A DNA stretch of 64,000 bases from a bacterium. GTDB taxonomy: Bacteria > UBA8248. Positions 50,735 through 61,104 of the stretch are shown piece by piece; within the stretch, counting starts at the first letter, position 1, and the number at the start of each line of letters is the position of its first letter. The stretch lies in NCBI GenBank assembly GCA_965204535.1, contig OZ241996.1, positions 192,001 through 256,000 of the forward strand. The letters run 5' to 3'. The notes beneath the pieces are model-generated. The model saw only the letters and a program-made list of their open reading frames with translations. It did not search any database and had not been told where the DNA came from. Both the position numbers and the translations under genes were made by a program.

Positions 50735-52279
50735 ATGCGTAAATGGATGGTTGTTCTGCTGGCGGTTCTCATCGTCGGCGCAGGCCTCATGAACGCGCCG
50801 AAGGCGCATTCGATGACCTCGGGCAAACTGGTGATCGCGCTTCCGGGCGTCACGCCCACGATGGACCCGCATCCCAAGTCGAACTTCATCGGCACGATGC
50901 TCTGGCGCTGGTCGTATGACACGCTGGTCTCCGCCGAAGCGGGCACGGGCAAACGCCAGCCCTGGCTCGCCACCAAATGGAAGATCCACAGCCCCAAAAA
51001 GGTGGAGTTCTGGCTGCGCAAGGGCGTGAAATTCGCCGACGGCTCCGAACTCACGTCGGAGAACGTGAAGTTCTCGATGACGCGCATCATGAACAAGAAA
51101 AGCCGTCAGCGGGTCTTCTTCAAGGCGTTCGACCGCATCGAGATTATCGACTCGCACCGCTTCATCTGGCACAGCAAGGTGCCCGACAACGGTCTGTTGA
51201 ACCGCCTGGGACGCTTCGGCCACATCATGTCCTTAAAGGCGAAGGGCTTGGAATGGTCCGTTATTTCCAGAAAAACCTTCGGTTCGGGCCCCTACATCCT
51301 CAAGGAATGGACCAAGGGCCGCAAGATGGTGTTCGAGGCGAACCCCAACTGGTGGGGCAACTCGCAATATCCCAACCGGGCGAAGACCGTCATCGTGCGC
51401 GGCATTAAAGAGGCCACCACCCGCGTGAAGGCGCTCCAGAAGGGCGAGGTAGACATGGTCATGAAGGTCAAGCCCCAGTTCATCCCACAGCTTGAAAAGG
51501 ACAAGAAGCTGGCCGTGGCCGACGTGCCCGCCGTGCGGATGATGTTCGTCTCCATGGTGACGCGCCAGGGCGGCCCCTTCGCGAACCAGAAGGTGCGCCT
51601 CGCCGTCAATTACGCCATCGACGCCGAGCTTCTGCGCACGACCTTCCTGGCCGGAAAGGCCAAGATTTGGGGTTCGCTCTACCATCCGTGGAACTTCGCG
51701 GGCTACAACCCCAAGGACAAATGGTACGGCTTCGACCTCGACAAGGCGAAAGCCCTCATGAAGGAAGCGGGCCACGAAAAAGGCTTCAAGGCGACCATCT
51801 ACGGCACCATCGGGCGTTATCCGGGTGACGTGAAGACCTGTGAGGCCATCGCCGGCTTCCTGAAGCGCATCAAGATCGACACCACCTGCCGTTCGATGCC
51901 CTTCCCGCTCTGGAAGAAGACGCGCAAGGCGTTCCAGAAGAACAAAAAGGGCGTGGCGCTCTTCCTGCAAGGTTACGGAAACGCGGGCGGCGACCCGGGC
52001 GGCATCACGCGGGCGACCTCCACCTGCCGGGGTCACTCCAGCGTTCACTGCATGAAGGACGTGGATGCGGCCGTCGACAAGGCGGCGGCCACCGCCGACC
52101 TCAAGGCGCAGCACCTCGAGTTCCAGAAGGTGACCGCGCTCATCAAGAAGAAGGCGATGTTCAAGATTCTCTACAAGACGAACGACATCTTCGCCTACAA
52201 GAAGGCGCTGGGCTTCAATCCCAGGCACGATGAGACGTTCCTCGCGTGGGAAATCGACATGAAGAAGTTCAAGAACTAG
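50735..52279 (+). CDS. ABC substrate-binding protein, family 5
   Basis: Signal peptide, PWLAT.W, LRKGVKFADG, GSGPY and VRLAVNYAID. Confidence 0.92.
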   Translation: MRKWMVVLLAVLIVGAGLMNAPKAHSMTSGKLVIALPGVTPTMDPHPKSNFIGTMLWRWSYDTLVSAEAGTGKRQPWLATKWKIHSPKKVEFWLRKGVKFADGSELTSENVKFSMTRIMNKKSRQRVFFKAFDRIEIIDSHRFIWHSKVPDNGLLNRLGRFGHIMSLKAKGLEWSVISRKTFGSGPYILKEWTKGRKMVFEANPNWWGNSQYPNRAKTVIVRGIKEATTRVKALQKGEVDMVMKVKPQFIPQLEKDKKLAVADVPAVRMMFVSMVTRQGGPFANQKVRLAVNYAIDAELLRTTFLAGKAKIWGSLYHPWNFAGYNPKDKWYGFDLDKAKALMKEAGHEKGFKATIYGTIGRYPGDVKTCEAIAGFLKRIKIDTTCRSMPFPLWKKTRKAFQKNKKGVALFLQGYGNAGGDPGGITRATSTCRGHSSVHCMKDVDAAVDKAAATADLKAQHLEFQKVTALIKKKAMFKILYKTNDIFAYKKALGFNPRHDETFLAWEIDMKKFKN

Positions 52280-52292
52280 CGCGAGCGGCTTC

Positions 52293-52332
52293 AAACCGCG
52301 GGGGAGCGGCATGCTCCCTCGCGGTTTTTTTT
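52293..52332 (+). terminator. Rho-independent terminator
   Basis: AAACCGCGGGGGAGC...GCTCCCTCGCGGTTTTTTTT. Confidence 0.8.
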
Positions 52333-52356
52333 GAACGCACACCGGAGGGCCACGCC

Positions 52357-53406
52357 ATGCAATTCGGCCTCATGCTCAGGGGCAACTTCGCCCGGGAAGA
52401 CGACATGCGCGCGCGTCTCGAGGAACATTTGGAACAGGTGCGCCTCGCGCGCGATCTGGGCTTCGCCTCCATCACCAAGGGTTCGCACTACAGCACCCAT
52501 CCCTTTCAGGGTTTTCAGCAGCTTCCCTTCCTGACGCGCGTATCCGCCGAGGCGCCCGAGATGCGCCTCGTCGCAGGAATAATTCTCCTCCCGCTGCACA
52601 AGCCGATCGATCTGGCCGAACAACTCGCGACCATCGACATCATCTCCGGCGGCAAGCTCACCGTGGGCGTGGGACTCGGCTACCGCGACGTGGAGTTCAA
52701 GGCATTCGGAACCGGCAAAAAGGAGAGTCTCAGGCGCTTCAACGAGAACTTAGAGGCCATCCGCCGCCTCTGGACGGAAGAGAAGGTCTGGATGCGGGGC
52801 TCGCACTTCGAACTCGACGGCGCGTCGTGCTCGGCCAGGCCGCTCCAGAAGCCGCATCCCCCCGTCTGGATCGGCGCGAACGCGGATGCGGGGATTAGGC
52901 GCGCGGGTCGCCTGGGTCTTCCCTGGTACATCAACCCCCACAACCGGATGGACACCATCGAGCGGCAGATGGACGTCTTCCGCGAGGCATTGGAAGAAGC
53001 GGGCAACCCGTTGCCTCAGGAAATCCCCATGCGGCGTGAGGTGTTCGTGGCCGAAAGCAGGGAAGAGGCGCTCCGCCTGTGCGGACCGTACTTAAAGAAA
53101 AAATACGACTCCTACCATGAATGGGGGCAGGACAAGGCCATGCCGGAAGGGGACAACGATTTCGGCGTCTCCCTCGACAGCCTGCTCGACAACCGCTTCA
53201 TCCTGGGCGCGCCCGACGACGTGGCCGATCAAATCGCCCATCTCGCAAAGCGCCTGGGCGTGAACCACCTCATCATCAGCCTCCAGTGGCCCGGCATGCC
53301 CCACGCCATGGCGCTCGACACCATGCGCCTGATGGCGGAGGAGGTGTTTCCGAAGGTGTGGCGGGAGGTGGGGGTGAGTGAGTCCACCGAAAAGGAAACG
53401 GGATAA
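52357..53406 (+). CDS. LLM-class flavin-dependent oxidoreductase
   Basis: LAEQLATIDIISGG.L..GVGLGYR..EF and PLQKPHPPVWIG. Confidence 0.9.
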   Translation: MQFGLMLRGNFAREDDMRARLEEHLEQVRLARDLGFASITKGSHYSTHPFQGFQQLPFLTRVSAEAPEMRLVAGIILLPLHKPIDLAEQLATIDIISGGKLTVGVGLGYRDVEFKAFGTGKKESLRRFNENLEAIRRLWTEEKVWMRGSHFELDGASCSARPLQKPHPPVWIGANADAGIRRAGRLGLPWYINPHNRMDTIERQMDVFREALEEAGNPLPQEIPMRREVFVAESREEALRLCGPYLKKKYDSYHEWGQDKAMPEGDNDFGVSLDSLLDNRFILGAPDDVADQIAHLAKRLGVNHLIISLQWPGMPHAMALDTMRLMAEEVFPKVWREVGVSESTEKETG

Positions 53407-54395
53407 TGGCATCTGGAAAGATAGTTTGCGAGGATCACTACATCGACGCTTTCGACAATGGCATCAGGCTCCACGTTCGAGAGAAACGTCCCGGGGGCAA
53501 GCGCCGCTTCACGCCCGCCGAGACGCTCCTGATGGTGCACGGGCGCGGACCGGCGGCCCCCGTGGTGTTCGACCTGCCCGTGCCGGGGTATTCGTGGATG
53601 GATCGCTTGGCCGGGCGCGGCTACGACGTATTCGCCCTCTCGGTGCGCGGGTTCGGCTGGTCGAGCGACCCGCCCGAGATGATCGAAGACCCGGTCGGCA
53701 AGCCGCCCGCCATTCGCGGCCATACCGCGGCGCGCGACATCGGGGCGGCGGTGCGCTTCATCCGAAACCTGCGCGAGGTGGAGCGGGTGAACATCCTGGG
53801 CCGCTCGTGGGGCTCGACCACGGTTCCCACGTTCGCCTCGGCCCACAACCCCCAGGTGCGCAGGGTGGTGCTCTACGCCCCCTACTACGCGGGCGTGAAC
53901 CCCGAGCGCGCCGCGCAGTTCGAGGACCCGGAACGACCCGGCCACTTCAACGAGAAACTCGGCGCGTGGTTCTGGACGAGCGAAGCCGACCTCCACAGGC
54001 GCTGGTGGGGCCATATTCCGGGGACGCGGCATCACCGCTGGCGTGAGCGCCATGTGGTGCGGGCGGTATGGGAGACGCGCCTTAGCTTCAGCCCCGAGGG
54101 GGCGAAGCGGCGGCCCTCGGCGGTGAAATCGCCCAACGGCTCTTATGCCGATCTGTTCGATCGCGCGCGGGGAATTCCCGCCTACGACGCGGCGAAACTG
54201 CGCTGCCCGGCGCTCTTGATTTTCGGCGACCACGACGGATCGGCGAACGAGGCCGAGGCGTGGGATCTGTTCGAAAAGCTCGTGAACAGCCGGGGCAAGC
54301 GCTTCGTCGTCATCGGCGACGGCACGCACTACATGGAATGGGAAAAGCGCCGCGAGGAGTTATACCGCGAGGTGGAGAACTTTCTGGAGAGTTGA
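53406..54395 (+). CDS. Alpha/beta hydrolase
   Basis: MVHG, GRSWG elbow and GDGTH. Confidence 0.85.
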   Translation: MASGKIVCEDHYIDAFDNGIRLHVREKRPGGKRRFTPAETLLMVHGRGPAAPVVFDLPVPGYSWMDRLAGRGYDVFALSVRGFGWSSDPPEMIEDPVGKPPAIRGHTAARDIGAAVRFIRNLREVERVNILGRSWGSTTVPTFASAHNPQVRRVVLYAPYYAGVNPERAAQFEDPERPGHFNEKLGAWFWTSEADLHRRWWGHIPGTRHHRWRERHVVRAVWETRLSFSPEGAKRRPSAVKSPNGSYADLFDRARGIPAYDAAKLRCPALLIFGDHDGSANEAEAWDLFEKLVNSRGKRFVVIGDGTHYMEWEKRREELYREVENFLES

Positions 54396-54434
54396 GGGGG
54401 GGTGGCTCGCGGTGACTCCCACAGGAGACGGCCC

Positions 54435-55409
54435 ATGAAGGCGATGCGCGTGCAGGCATTCGGTCTGGATACTCCGATGCGGCTGGACGAGGTGGATGAG
54501 CCTGCGCCCGCGCGGGATGAGTTATTAGTGCGGCTCCGCGCCGCGGGTGTGAACCCGAGCGACGTCGCCACCCGATCGGGCAAGAGCCACCACTCAGGCC
54601 ACCATACGCCGCCTTATATACCCGGTCTGGAAGCCTCGGGCGAGGTGATCGGGGTCGGCGAGGGTGTCCAGGGCTTCGAGGTAGGCCTGCGCGTGTTCGG
54701 CGCCTGTGCGGGCGGGGCTTACGCGGAGGTGGTGCGTCTGCGCGCTCCTGCAGCGGCGGTGGTTCCCGATAACATGACGCATGAAGAGGCGGCGGGCGTA
54801 ACGCTTGGCCTCAGGACGGCATGGAACGCGCTCGTCATCAAAGCCAAAGCCGGGCCGGGGGAGAGCGTACTGGTGCAGGGCGGCGCGGGCGGCGTGGGTT
54901 CTGCGGCGATACAACTCGCGCGGCGCATGGGCTGCCGCGTGTTCGCCACGGTGAGTTCTGAGGAGAAGGCGGCGTTCTGCCGGGAGCTGGGCGCGGAGGA
55001 GACGATAAACTACCGCCGGGAGGATTTCGCCGAGCGTTGCCTCGCGCTGACGGACGGGCGCGGTGTGGACGTGATCATCGAGAGCGCCGGCTTCGATAAT
55101 TTCGACAAGGACCTCGACGCGGTCTGCGTGGACGGGCGAATCGTCCTGATGGGGGCGGGACTCGGGAAGGATCAGTGTGCGGGTTTCCGCGTCCCCGCCG
55201 TGATGACGAAGGACGCGCGGGTCTTCGGCGTCACCGGCGTCAACCTCGCACGTAAGATGCCGGAAGTGGTGCCGCGCTTCCTCCCGATGCTGCGGGACGG
55301 GAGTTTCAAGGTGCACGTGGGGGCTGCCTTCCCGCTCGCCGAGGCCAACGCGGCGCATGAGTTGATGCTGAGCGGGAAATTCCTCGGGAAAATCGTCCTC
55401 ACGCCTTGA
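54435..55409 (+). CDS. NADPH:quinone reductase (MDR family)
   Basis: AGVNPSD, PGLEASG, QGGAGGVG and GKIVL. Confidence 0.9.
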   Translation: MKAMRVQAFGLDTPMRLDEVDEPAPARDELLVRLRAAGVNPSDVATRSGKSHHSGHHTPPYIPGLEASGEVIGVGEGVQGFEVGLRVFGACAGGAYAEVVRLRAPAAAVVPDNMTHEEAAGVTLGLRTAWNALVIKAKAGPGESVLVQGGAGGVGSAAIQLARRMGCRVFATVSSEEKAAFCRELGAEETINYRREDFAERCLALTDGRGVDVIIESAGFDNFDKDLDAVCVDGRIVLMGAGLGKDQCAGFRVPAVMTKDARVFGVTGVNLARKMPEVVPRFLPMLRDGSFKVHVGAAFPLAEANAAHELMLSGKFLGKIVLTP

Positions 55410-55430
55410 GGGGAAAAACTTGTCTTCTCC

Positions 55431-56564
55431 CTAGAGTTTCTCCACAAACCAGTCCAGTATAAAACTTCTGCCCAGTTCGATGTTGTCGAAGTGGCAGTGC
55501 TCGGCCCCGCCCTCCTCGTGCGTGAAGATGCGGATGGTTTTGTCCTCAGCACCCACGGCGTCATAGAGCTTTTGCGCTTCCGAGGCGGGCGTCTGGCGGT
55601 CGCCCTCCCCGTGGGTGATGAGGAACGGGCACTGAATCTGCGCCGCCTCTTTCTCGATGGTGAACTTCTTCATCTCTTCCAGCACTTCATCGGCGGTCTC
55701 CACCCCCAGCACCCAGAGGATCTGGAACTTGGGACTGGGCCGGAACTGTCCGATGCCGGTGGGGACTCTCAGGCGCTCGTACCAGATGGGGTAGTAATCC
55801 CCGTGTCCCGCCCAGGCGGCGCAGGCTTTGATCCGCTTCTCGAACGCGGCGATTCTCGGCGCGTAGTACCCACCCATGCTCAAGCCCACCAGGCCGATGC
55901 GGCTTGCGTCCACGTCGTCTCTGGTTTCCAGATAATCGACCAGCGCGGCACCTGGAACCTCATAGTCGTGCCGGGTGCGGATGTTTCTCAAGCGAAGCGC
56001 CTCGCCGATGCCCGGCGTATCGACGATGAGACACGCCATCCCCCGCGCGATGATGTCGGCCGCCGCCATGAAGTACTGGCTCTCCTTCGTGCTGTCGAGA
56101 CCGCCCACGAAGATGACGACGGGGTAGTCCTTCCCGTCGCGCTCAGGCTTCATGAAAAACCCCGGCAGGGTCCGACCCTCGTAGGGAACCTCGATTTTCT
56201 CCAGATTGAGGGCGTTGTCGTTCGCGATTGCCTTATCGAAGCACGCGAGCGCCTTCTTGTAGCTCGGTATCTTCTTCCCGTTCGTGGGCGGCAGGAAGCG
56301 CTCGCCGTAGAGATAGTAGTTGCAGGCGCGGAAAAAGGCGCGGGAGGCCGTGAGGCGGTTTCCTCTCTCCTGGGCTTCCGCGCCGATGCGTTCCACACGC
56401 GCCGCCATGGCCGTCCATTCGCGGTGCCACGCCTCGTTGTCGGCAGGGTCGGTGCCCTCCAGGTTTTTGGCGATGCGGTCTATCTCGTCCACGCTCCCCC
56501 CGCAACTCAGCGAGATGTTAGTGACGAACGAGCGCATGTAGTTTCCCGGAAAAAATTCGTGCAT
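55431..56564 (-). CDS. Alpha/beta hydrolase, third paralogue of the DHPON-hydrolase-like family
   Basis: GGLDSTKE, GLSMGGYYAPR and GGAEHCH. Confidence 0.88.
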   Translation of the reverse strand: MHEFFPGNYMRSFVTNISLSCGGSVDEIDRIAKNLEGTDPADNEAWHREWTAMAARVERIGAEAQERGNRLTASRAFFRACNYYLYGERFLPPTNGKKIPSYKKALACFDKAIANDNALNLEKIEVPYEGRTLPGFFMKPERDGKDYPVVIFVGGLDSTKESQYFMAAADIIARGMACLIVDTPGIGEALRLRNIRTRHDYEVPGAALVDYLETRDDVDASRIGLVGLSMGGYYAPRIAAFEKRIKACAAWAGHGDYYPIWYERLRVPTGIGQFRPSPKFQILWVLGVETADEVLEEMKKFTIEKEAAQIQCPFLITHGEGDRQTPASEAQKLYDAVGAEDKTIRIFTHEEGGAEHCHFDNIELGRSFILDWFVEKL

Positions 56565-56581
56565 GGGGTCTTCCTCTTGAT

Positions 56582-56962
56582 TTAGAAGGGGTCGTCTTCG
56601 GGCGGCGCTTCGGGGGCCTGCTCGCCCGCGGGCACGCCCTTGAGACTCCAGGAGGTGTCCTTGACGTAGATGGTCTCCATGTCTTCGAGAGCGATGGTCG
56701 AGTGCACGGCGTTCGGCGGTATATGGACCACGTCGCCGGGACCCGCCAGGTGTTCTTCTCCATCGACCGTGATCTTCTGGTGTCCTTTGAGCACGTAGAT
56801 GAACTGCTCGCAGGGGTGATAGTGCGGCTCCGCCCGCGTGCCCCTGGGCCGCCTCCTGTGGCAGAAATACATGCGCTCGCCCTTGATAGACTTCCCCCGG
56901 TTGCTGGAGAGGTTCGGGTTGTGCTGCACGATGGGTAGATCCTCGAAGCGATAGACGGGCAT
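56582..56962 (-). CDS. Cupin-domain protein
   Basis: PHYHPCEQ...IPPNAVH. Confidence 0.88.
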   Translation of the reverse strand: MPVYRFEDLPIVQHNPNLSSNRGKSIKGERMYFCHRRRPRGTRAEPHYHPCEQFIYVLKGHQKITVDGEEHLAGPGDVVHIPPNAVHSTIALEDMETIYVKDTSWSLKGVPAGEQAPEAPPEDDPF

Positions 56963-57168
56963 GGCGCTCCTCTCGGGATAAGGCCGGTGATTTCGCCGCC
57001 GCCCGGGATTTCCATCTCCGTAGAGACGGGCGTCTCGGCGGGACGCGGCATATTCGTGACGATTCCCGGCAACCTAGCGAGGGGCATTATTCGTGTCAAG
57101 GAGAGCGTTTCGCCTGGTCCCCGTATTCATGAAAACCGGGGTATTCTTTCCCCGCGTCCAGCAATCCA

Positions 57169-59262
57169 TCATTGAATCCGCATGGTGATGTTGTCGAACG
57201 CATCCCTGGCGATGGTGAAATCGGGAGGAACGAGAATGGTGGCGTCGAACTCCTGGAGAATGAACGGTCCCTTTTTTATGGATTCATCGAGCATGGTGCG
57301 GTTGATGAGTTGCGCGGCGACCCAGCCCATCTCCGCGCCGAAATAGGCTCGCTGCTCGCCCGTCCTGGTGTTCAGGTTTTCAGGGAAGAGGAGCGAGTCG
57401 GGGAAACGCGGCGTTTCGGGTACGCCCGTGGCGACGAGATGGAGATTCACCAACTCCACAAGTCCGTCACCTCCCCGGTGACCGTAAGTGCGTTCATGCT
57501 CGTTTTCGAAGGCCGCTGAGGCCTGGGCGAGCGCTTCGCCCGGCGAGCCGTTCTCGGGCCATGGAACCGATAACTCATGCGTTTGCCCATAGTAGCGGAG
57601 TTCACCGCGTCTGCGGAGATGGCATCTCTCGCCAGGATATCCCTCTTTGGAGAGCAGGTCGCGCGCTTCGGCCTCAAGGCGCTCCCAATGGGACTCGACC
57701 GACCCGGGGTCGAGTTCGTCGGTTCTTCCCAATAGGGTCTGGGTGAAGTGGTGCTCCAGGTCGGAATAGAGAAGCCCGAATGCGGAGAAAATACCCGAAG
57801 ATGGGGGGATGACGACTTGGGGGAGTTCCAGTTCTCGTGCGACGGAGGCCGCGAAGAGTCCCCCGTTTCCTCCGAAGGCGAACAGGCTGAAATCCCGAGG
57901 GTCCTTCCCTCGCTCGGTGGAGACCGAACGAATCGCCCGCGTCATGTTCGTGGTTGCGATCTGAACGACGCCGTGGGCGAGCGCCGTGATGTCGAGGCCC
58001 AGCGGCTTCGCCACCTTCTCCCCCAGGGCGCGCTCTGCGGCGGAGAGATCGAGCTTCACCGAACCGCCTGCGATGCCCTCAGAATCGAGATAGCCCAGCA
58101 ACAGGCAGCTATCCGTCAGGGTGGGCTCTACACCCCCGAGGCCGTAGCATGCAGGACCCGGGTTCGCGCCCGCGCTCTTTGGTCCCACCTGAAGAGCGCC
58201 GCCTTTGTCTATCCAGACGATGCTGCCGCCGCCCGCACCGATCTCCGCGATATCGAGCGTGGGAGCGCGCAGGAGGTAGCCCCCACCGCGCGCGAGGCGA
58301 TTCGACTGGGAGAATCCGCCACCGACTTCGTATTCGGGGGAGAAGGTCGTCTCGCCGTTTTCGATGAGGCTCGCCTTGGCCGTGGTGCCTCCGATGTCCA
58401 TGGTGATGGCGTTGTTCACCTCAATGCGCCTCGCGAGGTGGTGCGCCGCGACGACCCCTGCTGCGGGTCCTGACTCGATGATGTGAATGGGCTGTGCGCG
58501 CGCCACTTCCGCAGTCATGATTCCACCGTTTGACTGCATCATCAAGAGCGGAGCCGTGAACTCTCTCTCGCGCAAGCCTGTTTCGAGCGATTCGAGATAT
58601 CGCTTGACGACGGGCATCACGAAAGCGTTGATGACGGTCGTGCTTGTGCGTTCGTATTCCCTCATTTCGGGCAGGATGTCCGAGGAGATGGAAACGTCGA
58701 CACCCGGGTTTTGAGCGCGGATGATGTCGTACACAGCACGCTCGTGCCCAGGGTTGGCATAGGAATTCAAAAGACAGACTGCTATGGATTCCACACCCTG
58801 CCCGGTGAGTTCGGCGATAGCGCTTCGCACCGATTCCGCATCCAGGGCTTCGAGCGTCTCGCCTGTATGGCTCATTCGCTCGCGCACTTCCACGCGGAGG
58901 AATCGCTCCACCAGGGGGGGAGGCTTCGCCCAGCCCAGGTCATACTGGGTGGGTATGCGTATTCGCCTCAGCTCGAGGACGTCCCGGAAGCCCAGGGTAG
59001 TGATGAGGCCGGTGAGCGCGCCTTCGCGTTCGATGATGGCGTTGGTGGCCACGGTGGTCCCGTGGGCCACTTCGGTGCAATCTGCGGCGGATAAATGGTT
59101 TTCTCGAAGCAGATTTTCAAGTGTTTCCAGGATGCCGCGTTCATAGGCGTCCGTCGTGGAGATGGCCTTCGCCGTATGGACGCATCCATCCTCGTCGATG
59201 AGGACGATGTCGGTGAACGTACCTCCGATGTCCACCCCGATTCGAAAAGTTCGCTTGCTCAT
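57169..59262 (-). CDS. Hydantoinase/oxoprolinase subunit A
   Basis: IGVDIGGTFTD, HGTTVATNA, ESGPAAG and DIGGTT; true start MSKRTF at 59262. Confidence 0.93.
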   Translation of the reverse strand: MSKRTFRIGVDIGGTFTDIVLIDEDGCVHTAKAISTTDAYERGILETLENLLRENHLSAADCTEVAHGTTVATNAIIEREGALTGLITTLGFRDVLELRRIRIPTQYDLGWAKPPPLVERFLRVEVRERMSHTGETLEALDAESVRSAIAELTGQGVESIAVCLLNSYANPGHERAVYDIIRAQNPGVDVSISSDILPEMREYERTSTTVINAFVMPVVKRYLESLETGLREREFTAPLLMMQSNGGIMTAEVARAQPIHIIESGPAAGVVAAHHLARRIEVNNAITMDIGGTTAKASLIENGETTFSPEYEVGGGFSQSNRLARGGGYLLRAPTLDIAEIGAGGGSIVWIDKGGALQVGPKSAGANPGPACYGLGGVEPTLTDSCLLLGYLDSEGIAGGSVKLDLSAAERALGEKVAKPLGLDITALAHGVVQIATTNMTRAIRSVSTERGKDPRDFSLFAFGGNGGLFAASVARELELPQVVIPPSSGIFSAFGLLYSDLEHHFTQTLLGRTDELDPGSVESHWERLEAEARDLLSKEGYPGERCHLRRRGELRYYGQTHELSVPWPENGSPGEALAQASAAFENEHERTYGHRGGDGLVELVNLHLVATGVPETPRFPDSLLFPENLNTRTGEQRAYFGAEMGWVAAQLINRTMLDESIKKGPFILQEFDATILVPPDFTIARDAFDNITMRIQ

Positions 59263-59370
59263 GGTCTCGGTTTCTGAAGGTGGAAGCGCCCGGGAATGGC
59301 GTCCCACCGTGATGTTATGGTAGCTTCCGACTCCAATTTCATGATGCAGCCATCTTGACACGGAGAACGC

Positions 59371-61089
59371 ATGCTTGAAAAGCGTCTGGACCCTGTGACG
59401 ACCTCCGTCGTAGAGCGCGGATTGTTCAGCGTGGCCGATGAAATGGCCGCCGTCATCGTTCGTACGGCCTATTCCCCCCTGGTTCGCGACCTGCTCGATT
59501 TCACCGTAGCACTGTGCAATCCCAGAGGGGAGATGGTCGTTCAGGGCGTGGGCATGGCGATTCACCTGGGCGCGCTGCCGACCGCTGTGGCCGCCATGCT
59601 CAACAGGTTCGAGGGAAACCTGCGCCCGGGCGACGCTCTCATCATGAACGACCCCTACGAAGGCGGCATGCACCTGCCTAACATCGTGCTCGTCACGCCG
59701 ATATTCTGCGGCGATGAATTGATGGGACATGCTGTCGCCATGGCTCACATGACGGATGTAGGCGGCCATGTGCCGGGGAGTGTTCCGGTGAACAGCCGGG
59801 AGGTTTTCGCCGAGGGATTGAGGATTCCGCCTCTCCTGCTGGAGCGCGACGGAAAGCGCGATGAGACGCTCATGGCGTTGATCGAGAAAAACTCCCGCCT
59901 TCCGAGAGATTTTTTCGGCGACCTGGAAGCGCAGCTCACAGCCTGCCGTTTGGGGGAAAGGCGTCTCTCCGCTCTGGCGCGGCGCTACAGCAACGAAGTG
60001 ATGCGCGCCGCCATGGCGGGCTTGCTCGACCGCAGCGAGAAGATGGCCCGCGCCGAAATAGCCGCGATGCCCGATGGCGTCTATCCTTTTGAGGACTGGC
60101 TCGATAACGACGGCATGGATGGCGAGCCGCAGCGTCTTTTCGTCACCCTCACGGTAGACGGGGATAACCTGACCGCTGATTTCACCGGCACCTATTTGCA
60201 GGCGCCCACCGCCATCAACTCCCCTCTCGCATATTCGCGTTCGGCGTTCTATCTGGCGGTGCGCTCCATCATGAGCCAGGAAATTCCCAATACGGCGGGT
60301 TTTTTCAGGCCGCTTCGGCTCATAGCGCCAGAGGGAACGCTCGTACACCCCAGTTTTCCCGCGGCCGTGGGTGCGATGGGTGTTGTGGGTTACCGGGTGG
60401 CCGATTGCATATTCGGCGCCCTGGGTCAGGCGGCTCCGCACCTGGTGCGGGCGGCGAGTGAGGGAGGCACCACGCGTTATACGGTAGGCGCTACGAAAAA
60501 CGGCGTACCCAGCATACTCAGCGAAGCGCTTGTGGGCGCGTGGGGCGGTCATCCTTCGATGGACGGCATCGACGGCGTGGCGAACGTCGCCGCTAACATG
60601 GCGAACTCCCCCGTCGAGATGGTGGAGAGTACCTATCCGGTATTGGTGGAGGAATACGGCTATGAGCCTGATTCCGAGGGCGCCGGCAAGTTCCGGGGCG
60701 GCCTTGGCGTGCGGCGAAAAATTCGCATACTCGCGCCCGAGGGTGGAATGCTCCAGGTTCGCTCAGGCAGGGCGGAACATGCTCCATGGGGGCTGCATGG
60801 CGGTCTCGACGGCACCGTTTGCCAGAATGTCCTGAACCCCGATACGCACGAAGAGCAGCGCCTCAAGGGAAACGAGACGATTCACGTGCCTGAGGGGACG
60901 GTGTATGTCCATGTCACCCCTGGAGCGGGGGGGTACGGCCCGCCGCAGGAGCGCGAACCGTCCCAGGTGGCTCTCGACGTCCGTGACGGAAAAATCTCCG
61001 CCCGGCGCGCAAAGGAAATCTACAGGGTCGTGGTCGATGAATCGGGCGTGCTCGATGAAGCCGCAACGAGGAAGTTGCGCGAAGCGTAG
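59371..61089 (+). CDS. Hydantoinase/oxoprolinase subunit B
   Basis: RTAYSP, NDPYEGGMHLP, H.TDVGG, GAGKFRGG and PGAGGYG. Confidence 0.93.
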   Translation: MLEKRLDPVTTSVVERGLFSVADEMAAVIVRTAYSPLVRDLLDFTVALCNPRGEMVVQGVGMAIHLGALPTAVAAMLNRFEGNLRPGDALIMNDPYEGGMHLPNIVLVTPIFCGDELMGHAVAMAHMTDVGGHVPGSVPVNSREVFAEGLRIPPLLLERDGKRDETLMALIEKNSRLPRDFFGDLEAQLTACRLGERRLSALARRYSNEVMRAAMAGLLDRSEKMARAEIAAMPDGVYPFEDWLDNDGMDGEPQRLFVTLTVDGDNLTADFTGTYLQAPTAINSPLAYSRSAFYLAVRSIMSQEIPNTAGFFRPLRLIAPEGTLVHPSFPAAVGAMGVVGYRVADCIFGALGQAAPHLVRAASEGGTTRYTVGATKNGVPSILSEALVGAWGGHPSMDGIDGVANVAANMANSPVEMVESTYPVLVEEYGYEPDSEGAGKFRGGLGVRRKIRILAPEGGMLQVRSGRAEHAPWGLHGGLDGTVCQNVLNPDTHEEQRLKGNETIHVPEGTVYVHVTPGAGGYGPPQEREPSQVALDVRDGKISARRAKEIYRVVVDESGVLDEAATRKLREA

Positions 61090-61104
61090 GGCAAAGAAGC
61101 GCAG

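Noticed and set aside
59263-60552. N-terminal extension making a 1127-aa hydantoinase A
   Set aside because: It overlaps hydantoinase B on the opposite strand, and the family N-terminus begins at 59262
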